From Prorocentrum cordatum (lineage: Eukaryota), in assembly GCA_963575745.1 (NCBI GenBank), contig CAUYUJ010000181.1:620001-666656 (forward strand): a stretch of 46,656 nucleotides of DNA, written 5' to 3'. The notes beneath the pieces were generated by a model, which had not been told where the DNA came from, made no database searches, and saw nothing but the letters and a program-made list of their open reading frames with translations. The position numbers and the translations under genes are program-made. Below, piece after piece: positions 11,984 through 24,816 of the stretch. The stretch's first letter is position 1; each line of letters starts with the position of its first letter.

Positions 11984-12139
11984 TGCAGTTAACTCGGCTG
12001 TGCGCAAGGATGTGGGAGCTCGCGGGCTCGGGGGGGTCCCCCCGTCTGGCCTCTGGAGGCCGACACCCGAGGGCACTGCGTGTGCCAGGCAGGCCTCCAA
12101 AGCACCCGCCCAGCCCGATAAACATGCACGTCCAGGACA

Positions 12140-12170
<31 letters not shown>

Positions 12171-12185
12171 ACGGCGACGACGAGA

Positions 12186-12219
<34 letters not shown>

Positions 12220-12348
12220 CGGAAGGGGCGGCGGGGCGGCCGCCCGAGGCTCATGCTGCACCCCTGGGACGTCGGGCCGCACCCGCGTCGGGCCCGCTGT
12301 CGAAGCCGCGTCGAATCCGAACCCACGTCGGATCCACGTCGAACCTAC

Positions 12349-12552
12349 AAAGAGAAACAAGCGCCACAAACATAAACTTTTCGGCGCTCCCCGCTGATTT
12401 CCTGGATCTGCGCTGGGCCTCCGTCCCTGGCACGCGGAGCGCGCCAGGGGCGGCGCCAGAGGCGCCGCCGGGGGGGGGGAGGGGGGCAGCGCGGATCCAA
12501 GAAATCCGCGCGGAGCGCGAAAAAGCTTATGTTTGTGGCGCTCTTTCTTCTT
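12349..12552. mobile_element. Foldback MITE family F, copy 3
   Basis: Same core; arms GCGCCACAAACATAA / TTATGTTTGTGGCGC. Confidence 0.85.
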
Positions 12553-13634
12553 CGAGAACCCGCGTCGAACCCATGCCAAAGACGAGGAAGGAATACAACT
12601 TCCAGGGTAGGCCCTCAGCTGCCGCGATGCGCGACACGCAGCACGCAGCGCGCTGACGCGGAGCTCAGCACGCAGACGGAACACGGAGGTCTGGGGCGAC
12701 GCGGTCGCCCAAGCGCGGGGCCCGCGCGTGCAGCCGACCCGCAGCGCGTGCACACGGACGCCTTGAGCACGGCACGTGCTGCGCTCCACGGCGGGCCCAT
12801 CGCGGCAGCCGGGCAGCACAGCCGACAGGGCAGGAGAGGCCCCCCGAAGCTGCAGCGCCACGAGTCCTGGCCGCGAATGGCCGCCGCCAGCGCGCGCGCC
12901 GCGCCGCCGGGCCTGGGCCCGGCGCCGCCGCTCCGCGCGGCGCCGGCGGAGCCGGCGCGGCACGTCGGCGGGCCGCGGCGCGGGGCTGGGCAGCAAGGGG
13001 GCGTGTGGCGCTTCCTGCTCCTCGCCCTACTCGTCCTCCTCGTCCCTCCTCGCCCTCCTCCTCGTCCCTCCCGCTCCTCCTCCTCCTCCTCCTCTCCTCC
13101 TCCCTCCTCCTCCTCCTCTCTCTCCTCCCTCCCTCCTCCTCCTCCTCCTCCTCCTCCTCCTCCTCCTCCTCCTCCTCCTCCTCCTCCTCCTCCTCTCTTC
13201 CTCCTCCTCTCCTCCTCGTCCCTCCCGCTCATCCTCCTCATCCTGCTCCTCCACTCCTCCGACTCTCTTGACTCGTTGGTCCAACCAATGCGGTCTGGAC
13301 CCAGATGGCCCCAGGCCGTATGCCACATCGGGCCACCGTGCCGTGCAGGGTGGAGACTCCTGGAAACTAGTCCGACTCACAGGGCTGAGGCGCCCCAAAG
13401 CCAAATTACCTCAAGTCCTCTCCACTTCTCCATGCTCTTCCTGCTCCTTCTCCTGCTGCTGCTGCTCCTGCTCCTGCTCCTGCTCCTGCTGCTGCTGCTG
13501 CTGTTCCTCCTCCTCCTCCTCCTTTTCCTCCTCCTCCTCCTCCTCTTCTTCCTCGTCCATTCCTTTTCTGTATAAACAACTTCTCTCTGTCGCACCCCGA
13601 GGCCCCACCATTCATTACCCTGGAATTTAGAAAT

Positions 13635-14065
13635 TGGCAACAGCTTCACAGATGGAGGGCGAGTCGTTTTCAAAGTTTTCGCCGCGCGCATTCGTTTAAA
13701 CAATATGCAAGGGCTTGACGGATTCTGGGCGGGTGGTTTTAAAAATATGGCTCTCGCATTTGTGTCACGCACATTCCTTGTACAAGATTGCAAGAGCTTC
13801 ACGGATTAAGGGCGGGCCGTTTTCAAAATATGGCTCTCGCCTTAGCGCCGCGTACATTCGTTTTTTTATATAAAAACAAATGCAACAACTTCACGGGTTG
13901 AGAGCGGGTGGTGTTCAAAACGTTTCTCTCGCCTTAGCGCCGCGCACATTCGTTGTTAAGCATTGCAAGAGCTTTACGGTTTGGGGGCGGCTCCTTTTCA
14001 AAACGTGGCTCTCGCAATAGCGCCGCGCACATTCGCTTCTAAAAGTTTCAAGTGTTCCACGGGTT
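13635..14065. repeat. Degenerate ~85-95-bp tandem repeat, ~5 units
   Basis: Recurrent TTCAAAA..TGGCTCTCGC.TTAGCGCCGCGCACATTCG...TGCAAGAGCTTCACGG. Confidence 0.85.
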
Positions 14066-14494
14066 CCCGTGATCGACGTACCAGCAATTGTGTTTTGAAG
14101 GACTCACGATTATAATGGTGCAACAGTTACGATGATTCGCGGTGTTGAAGTCCCAAGAATGGCGTTACGGCACGATTCAGGATCGCTAAGATGCAACAGC
14201 CAGGTTTATCCGTGGCGTTGGAATCCCTAGAACAATGTTATGGCATGCTTCAGGGTCTTCAAACGGTTGTCTTCCAACGAGGCAGGTCCCTCTGTGGAAA
14301 TGAACCGTTGTAGGGGCCTGCGAAGAAGGAGCTCTGGGGGAGGGTTTATTCCAACATGGTTGGTGACTCTTGGGTTTACACTGGTCCTCCTCCTCCTCCT
14401 CCTTCTCCGCGCCAGTGGCTCGCCTGGGAGCGGCCCGCGGCGCAGGACCGGGCAGCAACGGGGGGCGCGTGGGGGCGCTGGCGGCCAGAGGCGA

Positions 14495-14615
14495 AGGGCG
14501 AGAGGAGGAAGGCTTCGGAGGACGTCCTTCGCCACCTCGGCTGGATTCGCCGCGAAATCCTGGCCCGAACGCACCCCGGGAGAGGTCCACGGTGCGGCGG
14601 CATCGTTACCTTCTT
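14495..14615 (-). mobile_element. Family E copy (reverse orientation, degenerate)
   Basis: TCGCCAC..CGGCTGGATTCGCCGCGAAATCCTGGCCCGAACGCACCCCGGGAGAGGTCC. Confidence 0.7.
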
Positions 14616-15669
14616 GATTCGCAGGGCCTGGGGGGTACCCCCAAGGGGGTGGCGCACGGGGGGCGGTTTTCTGAGAAGGCGAAGGGACGTCTCAGATGGC
14701 AGGGAGGATCAGCTCAGGGGGGGAAGCGTCGACCCCGGAATCGGCGATACACCGCCGGTTGATGGGCGAAAGGCCGCGGACAGCGACTCCGAATGGCCCT
14801 GGGCGGGGCGGGCGCTGTCGGGACCACATCCGCGCTCAGTGGCTCGGGGGTCGATGCGTCCCCCCCGCGAGCCGTTCCCCCCCCCAGCCGCTTCGGCGGC
14901 AAGGGGGGGGGGGGCGCGGGGCGGCTGGAGGCGGCAGGCGGGCGGAGGAGGGCCAGCGGGGCCCACGAGGGGGCGGCGCGAGGGGCTCTCGGCCTTCCGA
15001 GAAGGCAGGGCGCCTGGCGGGACCCTGTTGCTGGAAGCCTCTCAGGGACCTCTCGGGCGCCTTTGCAAGAACTTCGAGGGGCCTCCCAGGGGCCCCTCGT
15101 GAGGGCTCTCAACGAGTCTGTCGGGGGCCTCCCCGGGACTTCGCGGGAGCCTCTCAGGGGCCTCTCGGGTCTCCCGTGCCAAGCCGCAAGGCGTGCCACG
15201 AACCCGTCCCTCGCCAGCCTGCCTCACACCCGTCGGCTTGACCGCGCAGGCGTGCCATCCAACACCCCGTGTTTCCCAAGACCTCCCCCCTCCACCCCCC
15301 CTCCCTCCACGCTCCTCCCCCTTCCTCCTCCTCATCCTCCATCGTGGCCCTTCACTTCCCACTCCTCCCTCTCCCCTTTCACACCCCTGCTCCTCGCATA
15401 TCCGTCCTCCCCCCCTCTCCTCCTCACTATCCACCTCACCGTCCTCCTCCTCCTCCTCCTCCTCCTCCTCCTCCTCCTCCTGCTCCTCCTCCTCCTCCTC
15501 CTCCTCCTCCTCCTCCTCCTCCTCCTCCTCCTCCTCGTTGTTCCATCTTGCGTCACCGATCTTCTCTCCTCGCGCTGCGCTCGTGCCTCGCTCCCGGCTC
15601 CTCCCTCCGGTCTTCGCTCCTCGCTCCCTCCCGCTCCCTCCTCCTCTGACCCATAGGTTGAAGAGCATA

Positions 15670-15834
15670 CACCCTGCGAAATGCTTAAGAAATCATGGGT
15701 TAAGAAATTCATAGTCTCAGAACTTGAATAAAAACCCAACATGTCTATGAAAATCTTAGGAGTTACATTGAAACGTTAAGAATAATCGAGACTCTGGCAG
15801 AAAACGTAAGTTTTCTTAAGCATCGTCTAAGGTG
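15670..15834. mobile_element. 165-bp AT-rich MITE flanked by TA (Tc1/mariner-like), copy 1
   Basis: TA|CACCCTGCGAAATGCTTAAGAAA...TTTCTTAAGCATCGTCTAAGGTG|TA. Confidence 0.85.
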
Positions 15835-16310
15835 TACTGCATCAGAAAGCGCGTGAGTCTGCCAAGAAGGGCCCTCCAGGATCGTGTCAGGGGCGTTCGG
15901 GATCTCTCTCGGCCTGCACTGGGCTTTGCGGGCCCTCTTGGGGCTTCTTGGGCTCTCTCGGAGTGCCCCCCTCCCTCTTGGCACTCGGAGCCTTCCCAGG
16001 AGCGATCCCGTTAGGCCCCTCTAGCTCCAGCTCCCAAGACGGACCCCAAGACGACTCCAGCGTGAAAGCCTCCCTGAAGTTCATAACACAATATGGACTC
16101 CCCCGAGCTCCAAGCCCAAGCCCAAGAAAGCTCCCAAGACGAAACTCAGACCGCCAGCAGGCGCCCAAGAAACCCCTGAGTGCCCCCACCAAAAAATGCT
16201 CTACAGGCCCAAAGAAGCCCCAAAGCGGCCTCCAACAAGCCCCAAAAAACTTCACCCGTAGACTGCTATATCTGGGGGCCAGCGGAATGGCATAAGCCGG
16301 ATGACAAAAA

Positions 16311-17169
16311 TATCCGCCGGCCCCCTTGTGGGGCCACCAGGCTGTAGGCCGAAGGTTCGCAGTTTCCTGCACCAGTTGCAGCTTCCAGTTTCCACTGTTA
16401 CAGTTCTGCTTCTTGCTGCTTACCGTTCCTTGTTGATGGACCGCGCGAGGGGGAGGAGGCCCCAACGGGCAGGTTTAGCACGCCCTGAGCGTGTGCTCTG
16501 AGTTGCTGGGGTGGGTAAAAATTTGACACCCCTCACGCAGATCGGCGGGGTCAGGGTCCAAAAACATATGGGATTTGCAACATGTCTGACATTCGGTGGC
16601 ACCCCTCACGCAGGTCGGCAGGGTCAGGGTCCAAAAACAAATGGGATTTGCCACATGTTTGGAATTTGCTGGCGCCCCTCACGCAGATCGGCGGGGTCAG
16701 GGTCCAAAAACGCAGGGGATTTGCTGCATTTCTGACATCTGGTGGCACCCCTCACTCAGATCGGCGGGGTCAGGGTCCAAAAACACATGGGATTGGCTAC
16801 ATTTCTGAAATTCGGTGGCACCCCTCATGCAAATCGGCGGGGTCAGGGTCCAAAAACACATAGGATTTGCAACATGTTGTAAATTCTGGGGCACCCCTCA
16901 CGCACTTCCGCGCGGTCAGGACACAAGAGACTTCCAACATTTTCGAATTCGGGGAGAAGATTTGGGCACAGCATACGGGATCAAATAGAATACAACAGCG
17001 AATACAGCAAAAGCCTGGCAATCTCCATTCGTCTTGCCAATTACCTATCGTCTTCGCATGAAGTTCCGACGCTGCTTCACGGTGAAGCCAAAGCCTCATG
17101 ACTTCGCTCTTCCATGGCCCATTCTCCGAGAGAGGGGGCCGGCGGCAGGGGGCGAAGCCCTTACGGATA
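16311..17169 (+). mobile_element. Family H1 copy 2 with ~5 units of the 73-bp repeat (16527-16905)
   Basis: AAAAA|TATCCGCCGGCCCCCTTGTGGGGCCACCAGGCTGTAGGCC ... CCATGGCCCATTCTCCGAGAGAGGGGGCCGGCGGCAGGGGGCGAAGCCCTTACGGATA|AA, matching the ends of copy 1. Confidence 0.75.
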
Positions 17170-18510
17170 AACTACCCCGTCGCCCAGATGCGTCTGACAG
17201 CTAACTTTCGGGCTCGTCTAGGGGTATTCTTCCTCATGCGAGTTTCGACTACGTTTTTGAACGCGCCCCAGGATCAACTTTTGGACGCTGCTGGGCCCAG
17301 CTTGGGGCCCGAGGCGGAGCCCAGACCGGCCCCGAACCGCCCCCGTTTTTGATGCCATGCGGACGGGGCTGCGGCCCAGCGAGGATGTGCTCTCGCGTGG
17401 GCCGCCCGGAGTCTCCACCGCGGCCGCCTCGTGCCCTCCTTGGGCGCCCTTTTGGGGGCCCTGCTCGGGGCCTCTTCGGCCCTCGTGGGCGCCTTTCGGG
17501 CCGCTCTCGGGCCGTGTTACGGCTGTTCTCGTGCAGCGTTTTGGCTGTCGCTGACCTCCTGCAATACGGGCTACAGAGAGCCAACGGCCATACCACTGAT
17601 CCGTGGTAACGATGACGGGTCGATGACGAATGGATGAATGCAACATCGATCCGCCACACGGCCCACTTGAGCCCGATCTGTTATGGAATGGAGGAGAGAT
17701 GGAGCAAAGAAAACAATACAAAACACACACTTTGGGGAATCTGCCACTACTTTCGGAATATATTCACCAAGTCTTGGCGCCGTCTGCGCCTCTTCCGGCG
17801 AGAACTGGAATGAGTGGGCGGTGAATGCCTCCCCCCCAGGGGACCTCTGCGAGCAGTTCGGGAACAGCTTGCGACCCTCTGGAGCCAGCTTGGTCTGCAG
17901 GGGCGATATTCGAGGCGGGGCATCTCGGAGTGTATTCCTACAGCCTCTAGTAGCCCATGTTGCCATCTTATCTTTGACACCAGTCAAAAGATTTGGAGGA
18001 TCGAGAGGCCAAGGTGACGCCTGGGATATCACGGAGGTGGACTCACCCCCAATTTGGAATTCGAGCCCCCGCTTTTTTGCCTTGCATGTCCTTGTCCGCG
18101 TAGATCTCCTTTCTTACAGGTAGAGAGTGTACCCAAAGGGACGAGACATAAGTATAGATATACATCAAGAGAGAGAGAGAGGGCGAAAAAGAAAGAAAGA
18201 AATAAACATAGAAAGAGAAAGAGAGAGAGAGAGAGGTAAAATCACAACAAACAAATAGCGATACAATGTTTGTACGCAGAGGGGGGTCCTGGAGGGGGGT
18301 CCCGGTGGAGGTCCCGTCGGTGGTGGGGGAGGGTGGCCTCGGGCCAGAATGCCCCCCCCCCGTGGTCCAGGCGGGCCCCTGGGGGGGGAGCGCCAGCAGC
18401 GGTCCCCGGGGGAAGTCCTGTCTTCGGGATCTGTTGCACAGGCCGTCAGGCAGTGGTCGATAATGTGGGATGACGATTAAAGAAAAAAAGGAGGGGGGAA
18501 CGATTGAAAA

Positions 18511-19609
18511 CATGATGGACCCACGAACCCGGAAAGGGATATAGACATGTGGAGCATGGACACGTTTTCACGATACCCAACTGGGCAACACCTCACGAAA
18601 CATCCCACGAGACACTTCACGAAACATCCCACGAGACACCTCACGAAACATTCCACGAGACACCTCACGAAACATTCCACGAGACACCCCGCGAAACATT
18701 CCACGAGACACCCCACGAAACATTCCACGACGACAGGCAACCACTCAACCAAGGCGGTGTGGTCGTGCTGGGGAGTGGTCGTGCTGGGGTGTGGTCGTGC
18801 TGGGGGGTGGTCGTGCTGGGGGGTGGTCGTGCTGGGGGGGTGGTCGTGCTGGGGGGTGGTCGTGCTGGGGCGTGGTCGTGCTGGGGCGTGGTCGTGCTGG
18901 GGCGTGGTCGTGCTGGGGTGTGGTCGTGCTGTGGTGAGGTCGTGCTGGGGTGTGGTCGTGCTGGGGTGTGGTCTTGCTGGGGTGGGGTCGTGCTTGGGTG
19001 GGGTCGTGCTGGGGTGTGGTCGTGCTGGGGTGTGGTCGTGCTGGGGTGTGGTCGTGCTAGGGTGGGGTCGTGCTGGGGTGGGGTCGTGCTGGGGTGTGGT
19101 CGTGCTGGGGTGTGGTCGTGCTGGGGTGTGGTCGTGCTGGGGCGTGGTCGTGCTGGGGTGGGGTCGTGCTGGGGTGGGGTCGTGCTTGGGTGTGGTCGTG
19201 CTTGGGTGGTCCGCACCATGTGATTTATCGATCGGGTCGTGCTGGGGTGTGGTCGTGCTGGTGCTGGGGTGTGGTCGTGCTGGGGTGTGGTCGTGCTGGG
19301 GTGTGGTCGTGCTGGGGTGTGGTCGTGCTGGGGTGTGGTCATGCTGGGGCGTGGTCGTGCTGGGCGTGGTCGTGCTGGGGTGTGGTCATGCTGGGGGTGT
19401 GGTCGTGCTGAGGTGTCCCGCACCCTGTGATTTATCGATCGGGATTTCAAAAACAAGCGTTTCGCCTGAGACATCCTCAAATTTTAATCCGCCGGCCTCC
19501 TTCGACCTCGATATTAATCAGGGAAAGAATCCGCCGGCCTCCTTCAAGTTGGGCACCGGGGACATTTTTACATAGAAAAAGAGAACCCTGGGCCCGCGCC
19601 CTTTCCGGG
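18511..19609. mobile_element. Family H2 copy 1: element carrying a 24-bp array (18590-18730) and a 16-17-bp GGGGTGTGGTCGTGCT array (18757-19410)
   Basis: GAAAA|CATGATGGACCCACGAA-CCCGGAAAGGG (18528-18538) ... GAACCCTGGGC-CCGC-GCCCTTTCCGGG|AAAA. The left ~40 bp and right ~165 bp are homologous to 24817-26307. Confidence 0.75.
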
Positions 19610-20422
19610 AAAATAGTTTCCCCCACCGGGGGGGAACGCTCAGAAGCAGGGCTCGCCTGTGCGGTGTTTCGTTACCGGGGGGGGCGCGCGCCCGAGGACG
19701 GCGGGGGGGGACAATTAGAAAAATAGTTTCCCAGCCCGGGGCAGGTTTTTTCTTATCATCATCCCGGGCGCCGCCGCGTGAACACGACCCCCGGTCATTT
19801 TTTAATCATCATCCTCCATTACCCGGGGGGGGGTAGCGGTAATTTCAAGCGCATACCACAAGCTTGGCCCAAACAAAATTCAAAACAACAAGTTGACCCA
19901 AAAAACCCTCACGCCAAAGCGAAAGCGGATTTCCGTTTTAGTGGCCTTCCCTGCCCCTTCTGGGACCAATCCTACAGACGACCCAGCTCTCTGACCCCCA
20001 GACAAACCCAACCGGTAACCCTTAAGCGGGGTACAACATATCGGGATGTCGGTGCGCTTCGATCGCCGTTGCATGCGCGCGAGCACCAGCGTGCGGGACG
20101 GGGTCCGGTGCCCCCCCTTACGTGCAATCGCCATCGTTGCCCGGGGGCGGCGGGCCCTGATAACGACCGTTACGCGCCAGAGGATACGAAATCAGAGCGG
20201 GGGGGCCGAACGGCCATTCACTGTCACTGGGTACGTGGCTGAACTCAGCTTCCTCGTCGAGGATTCTGTTTGTTTACTGTTGTTTAAATCTCAGTTCTTA
20301 ATAATCCCTCCAGTGCCCATTGTTTTTTCCATGGAGTGCCCCTCCTGGGTCTCGAGCCATGAACTTTTCAATGGGGAATCCTGACGCTCAGGCTGGGCCC
20401 CTGGCACCCGAACTATAATAAT

Positions 20423-20503
<81 letters not shown>

Positions 20504-21814
20504 AACGACAACGACAATGACAACGACAACAACAACAAACTCTCCCGTCTGATACTCTCACGGCTTATTGAAAACCGCGCTCTCGCTCGAGAACTCCATG
20601 CAATTTATCTTGGAATCGCGCTCTCGCGCGGGCTCCCTCTCAATTCCGTGAAACGTCGCGCCCTCGACACTTAGGAATCACGCTCTCACACTGGACTTCC
20701 TCACGATTGACTTGGGAAGCGCGCTATCGCTCGAGACTTCCTCGCGATTCATGCAAGACTAATGCTTCAACGACCCGCCAGCTCGACCGGGCCGTTAGGG
20801 TCCGCCCGCCCGACCCGCCCGTCGGGTTTTGCTGCTTGCTTCTGACTCCTATCCCGCACCTGCGAATCTCTCGTGTTCTTTCCTTCTCCTTCCCCCCTTT
20901 CCCTCCCCTCCTTACTCCCGTCCAGTTTTAGAGGGCGTGCCAAGTACACGTGGCAATTGAGGAAGATATATACCCTCTGAGGGGGGTACCCCAGGCGGGT
21001 ACGATCGAAGACGGAGAGTGCGGGTATCGAGGGTTTGGGATATGAATGCTCAAGAACACGCAGACAGATACGAGCAGTTTTGAAATGATTATCGTTGTTG
21101 TTTGTTGTGTGTTGAATCTTCACTTCTAGAAGAAGAAGAAGAAGAAGACGGTATTCTCCCCCTCTCTGGTGCCCAGTGTGTTTTTCAATTGATGTGCCAC
21201 TCTCGGGGTTCGCATCCTGTTGTTTACCAAGAAAAGTCTTGAGGCTAAGAATGTGGCGCTGGCATTCGGTCGCGCTCGCGCATGGGACTTCCGCACCATG
21301 AGCGCAAGAATCGCGTCCTCGCATTAGGCGTCCTCGAAATTGATTGAAACGCCGCGCCCTCGACACTTAGGAATCACGCTGTCGTTTGGGACTTTCTCAG
21401 GATTTACTTGGGAATCGCGCTGTCGCTCGAGACTTCCTCGCGATTCATGCAGGAATCATGCTCCACCAACCCGACCGCTGGACCAGCCGTCTGAGCCCGC
21501 CCGACCGACCCGCCCGTCTAGGTTTGCCGCTTGTTTCCTGCTCCAAACTCCCCTCCTGCGAATCTCTCTCGTGCTTCATCCCTCCTCCCTGTCCTTCACC
21601 CCATCCATCCCTTCCAGATTTAAGGGATGCGGTAAGGAAAATCGCCCTGGAGGGGGGGGCAAGATCTAAGACGAAGAGGGCGGGTATCGAGGGTTCGGGA
21701 CATACCTGATGAGTGGCACGCGAGCAGTCGAGAACGAACAGTTTAAAATGCGTTGTGTTTGTTCATGTTCTTGATGATGGTGTTGTTGTCGTCATTATCT
21801 TCGCTCTCGACCCA

Positions 21815-22545
21815 GCCCGCGACACACACACGCGACCCACCCCGCGACCCACCCCGCGACCCACCCGGGACCCACCCGCGACCCACCCGCGACCTACCCT
21901 GCGACTTACCCGCGACCCACCCCGCGACACACCCGCGACCCACCCGCGACCCATCCTGCGACCCACCCCCCGACCCGGCGGCGTCGTTGTCGTCAATGTC
22001 GTCGTCGTCGTCGTGTTCGTCGTCGTCGTCGTGTTCGTCGTCGTCGTCTTCGTCGTCTTCGTCATTTTCGTCGTCGTCGTCGTTTTCGTCGTCGTGGTCG
22101 TCGTCGTCGTCGAGGGCGTCGTCGAGGGCGTCGTCGACGGCGTCGAGGACGACGACGACGAAAACCGGGAGAGATTTGCAGCGCGCCCGGCCGCGCCCTC
22201 GGCGCGCCCCTCGAGCGCTTCGAGCTGGGACGCCTGGCAGGTGAAGCCGGACAGGTCCCTGGACGACGCCTTGGGCAAGGAGGGGCCGAAGGAGGGAGGA
22301 GGAGGGAGGAGGGAGGAGGGAGAAGGAGGAGGAGGAGGAGGAGGAGGAGGAGAAGGAGGAGGAGGAGGAGGAGGAGGAGAAGGAGGAGGAGGAGGAGGAG
22401 GGAGGAGGAGGAGGAGGAGGAGGAGGGGGAGGAGGAGAGGAGGAGGAGGAGGGGAGGAGGAGGAGGAGGAAGAGGAGGAGGAGAAGGAGGAGAAGAGGAG
22501 GAGAAGAGGAGGAAGAGGAAGAAGAGGAGGAGGAGGAGGAGGAGG
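21815..22545. repeat. (CGCGACCCACC)n, then (GTC)n, then (GGA)n tracts
   Basis: The same 11-bp repeat occurs inverted at 23385-23570. Confidence 0.9.
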
Positions 22546-24029
22546 ACGCGACGCGCAGCGCCTTGGGCAAAGATGGAGGCGATGCGCAGAACAAAACGGG
22601 TAAGGCTTCGGGTTGCCTCTTTGTTGTCGTTAAACTCTCATTTTTGGAGGAAACATTAGATCTCCACCAGTGCACGCTGCTTTTCCAATTGGAAAGCCTC
22701 CTTGGGGCTCGCAGCCTGTTCTCTACCGAGGAACAAAAATCTTCTTGCTCAAACTGTGCCCCTGGCCCCCTGGCTACAACAACAACAATGGCTCCCGCCT
22801 GATACTTCCTCACAGTTGACCTGAGAATCGCGCTCTCGCGCGGAACTTCCTCACAATGTATGCAGGAATCGCGCTGCTGCATGGGACGCCCTCCCAATTT
22901 ATTCAAACGCCGCGCCATCGACACTTAGGAATCACGCTTTCGCTTTGGCTTTCGCAGGATTTACTTGGGAATCGCGCTGTCGCTCGAGACTTCATGCAGG
23001 AAACACGCTTCAGCAACCAGCCTGCTCGAGCTGGCCACCTGGGCCGCCTTCCCGACCCGCCCGTTAGGGTCTGCCCGCCCGATCTGCCCGTACGGCTCTA
23101 CCACGTTGTTTCTGCTCCTAGCCCCCCTCCTGCGAAGTCTCTCGTGTTCCATCCCTTTTGCCTCCCCCTTCCATTCTCTCTTCCCTTGCTTTAGGGGCTG
23201 CACAATGAAGGAAAGTGCACGTGGAAAATAAGGAAGATACACCGACAAGCGGGTACGATCGAAGACGAAGAGGGCGGGCATCGAGAGTCTGGGATATGCG
23301 TGTCGAATGGCACGCAAGAAGGTCAGAGCGAACAGTCTAATGCAGCACCCCGCAATTGCGAATGACAATGAGTGGGCGGGCGCGGGGTGGGTCGCGGGTG
23401 GGTCGCGGGTGGGTCGCGGGTGGGTCGCGCGTGGGTCGCGCGTGGGTCGCGGGTGGGTCGCGGGGTGGGTCGCGGGTTGGTCGCTGATAGGTCGTGGGAG
23501 GGTCACGGGTGGGTCGCGGGCGGGTCGCAATGTGGGTCGCGGGGTGGGTCGCGGGATGGCGCGGGTGGGTTGCGGGCGGGCCGCGGACGAGGACGACGAC
23601 AACAACGAAACAACGCAACGCAACAACAACCAGCACCGTGGAAGCCCACTTTCAGCCACGCACCCAGGGACAGTGAAAGCCAGCTCGGCCCAACCACTCT
23701 GAAATGTATTGTTGATGTTGCTGTTGTTGTTGTAGTTGTTGCTGCTGTTGCTGCTGCTGATGTGATTGTTGCTGCTGATGTTGATAGTGTAATTGTTCAC
23801 GTTGTTATTGTTGTTGTTGATGTTGTTGTTGCGTTGTTGTTGTCGTCTTCGTCGTCGTTGCTGTTCGAAGAAACGGAGACACTGGCCCGAACTTGTTGTT
23901 GAGTGTTTCTTCTTGTTGGAGAACCGAATATTTACCCTTCAGGGTCAGCAGAGCTCCAGCAAACGCGGGCTTGCCCCACGGGGCCGGAGGTGTTGGCACT
24001 GAGTCGGCGGTGTCAGGGGCTTCCATGGG

Positions 24030-24541
24030 GCCGTTGCACCCCTTCGTGGCGCCCTCGCAGCCTTTCGTGGCCACGTTGCAGCCCTTCGTGGCCCCCTCGC
24101 TGCCCTTTCGTGGCCCCGTTGCAGCCCTTCGTGACCCCCTCGCTGCCCTTCGTGGCCCCGTTGCAGCCCGTTCGTGGCCCCCTCGCTGCCCTTCGCGGCC
24201 CCGTTGCAGCCTTTCGTGGTCCCCTCGCTGCCCTTCGTGGCCCCGTTGCAACCCGTCGTGGCCCCCTCGCAGCCCTCCGTGGCCCCGTTGCAACCCTTCG
24301 TGGCCCTCTCACTGCCCTTCGTGGCACCGTTGCAGCCCTTCCCGGCCCCCTCGCTGCCCTTCGTGGCCCCGTTGCAGCCCTTCCAGGCCCCCTCGCTGCC
24401 CTTCGTGGCCCCGTTGCACCCCTTCGTGGCCCCCTCGCTGCCCTTCGTGGCTCCGTTGCAGCGTTTCGTACCCCCCTCGCTACCCTTCGTGACCCCCTTC
24501 CAGCCCTTCGTGGCCTCCTCGCTGCCCTTCGTGGCCCCGTT
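24030..24541. repeat. 21-bp minisatellite with alternating subunits (CCCTTCGTGGCCCCCTCGCTG / CCCTTCGTGGCCCCGTTGCAG)
   Basis: About 24 subunits forming a 42-bp dimer. Confidence 0.95.
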
Positions 24542-24816
24542 CCTTCTTGGCCCCATTGCTGCCCGTCCTTTCTCCCTCGTCTTCCTGTCTGAGGGGCTGC
24601 GCGAATGGCACATGTCAGGCAAAGAATATAGTCCCCTTAAAGGGGTACAGTCGAAGATGAAGAGGGCGGGCCACGAGGTTGTGGAACATGCATTTTGAGA
24701 GGCACGCACGCATGTAAGAGCGAACAGTCTTAGAATTAGTGTTGCTGTTGGCCTCGCTCTTCTAAAGAAAAGCTGTTGTTGATCCCCCCTCCAGTGACCA
24801 TTGTGCTCTGTTGAAA

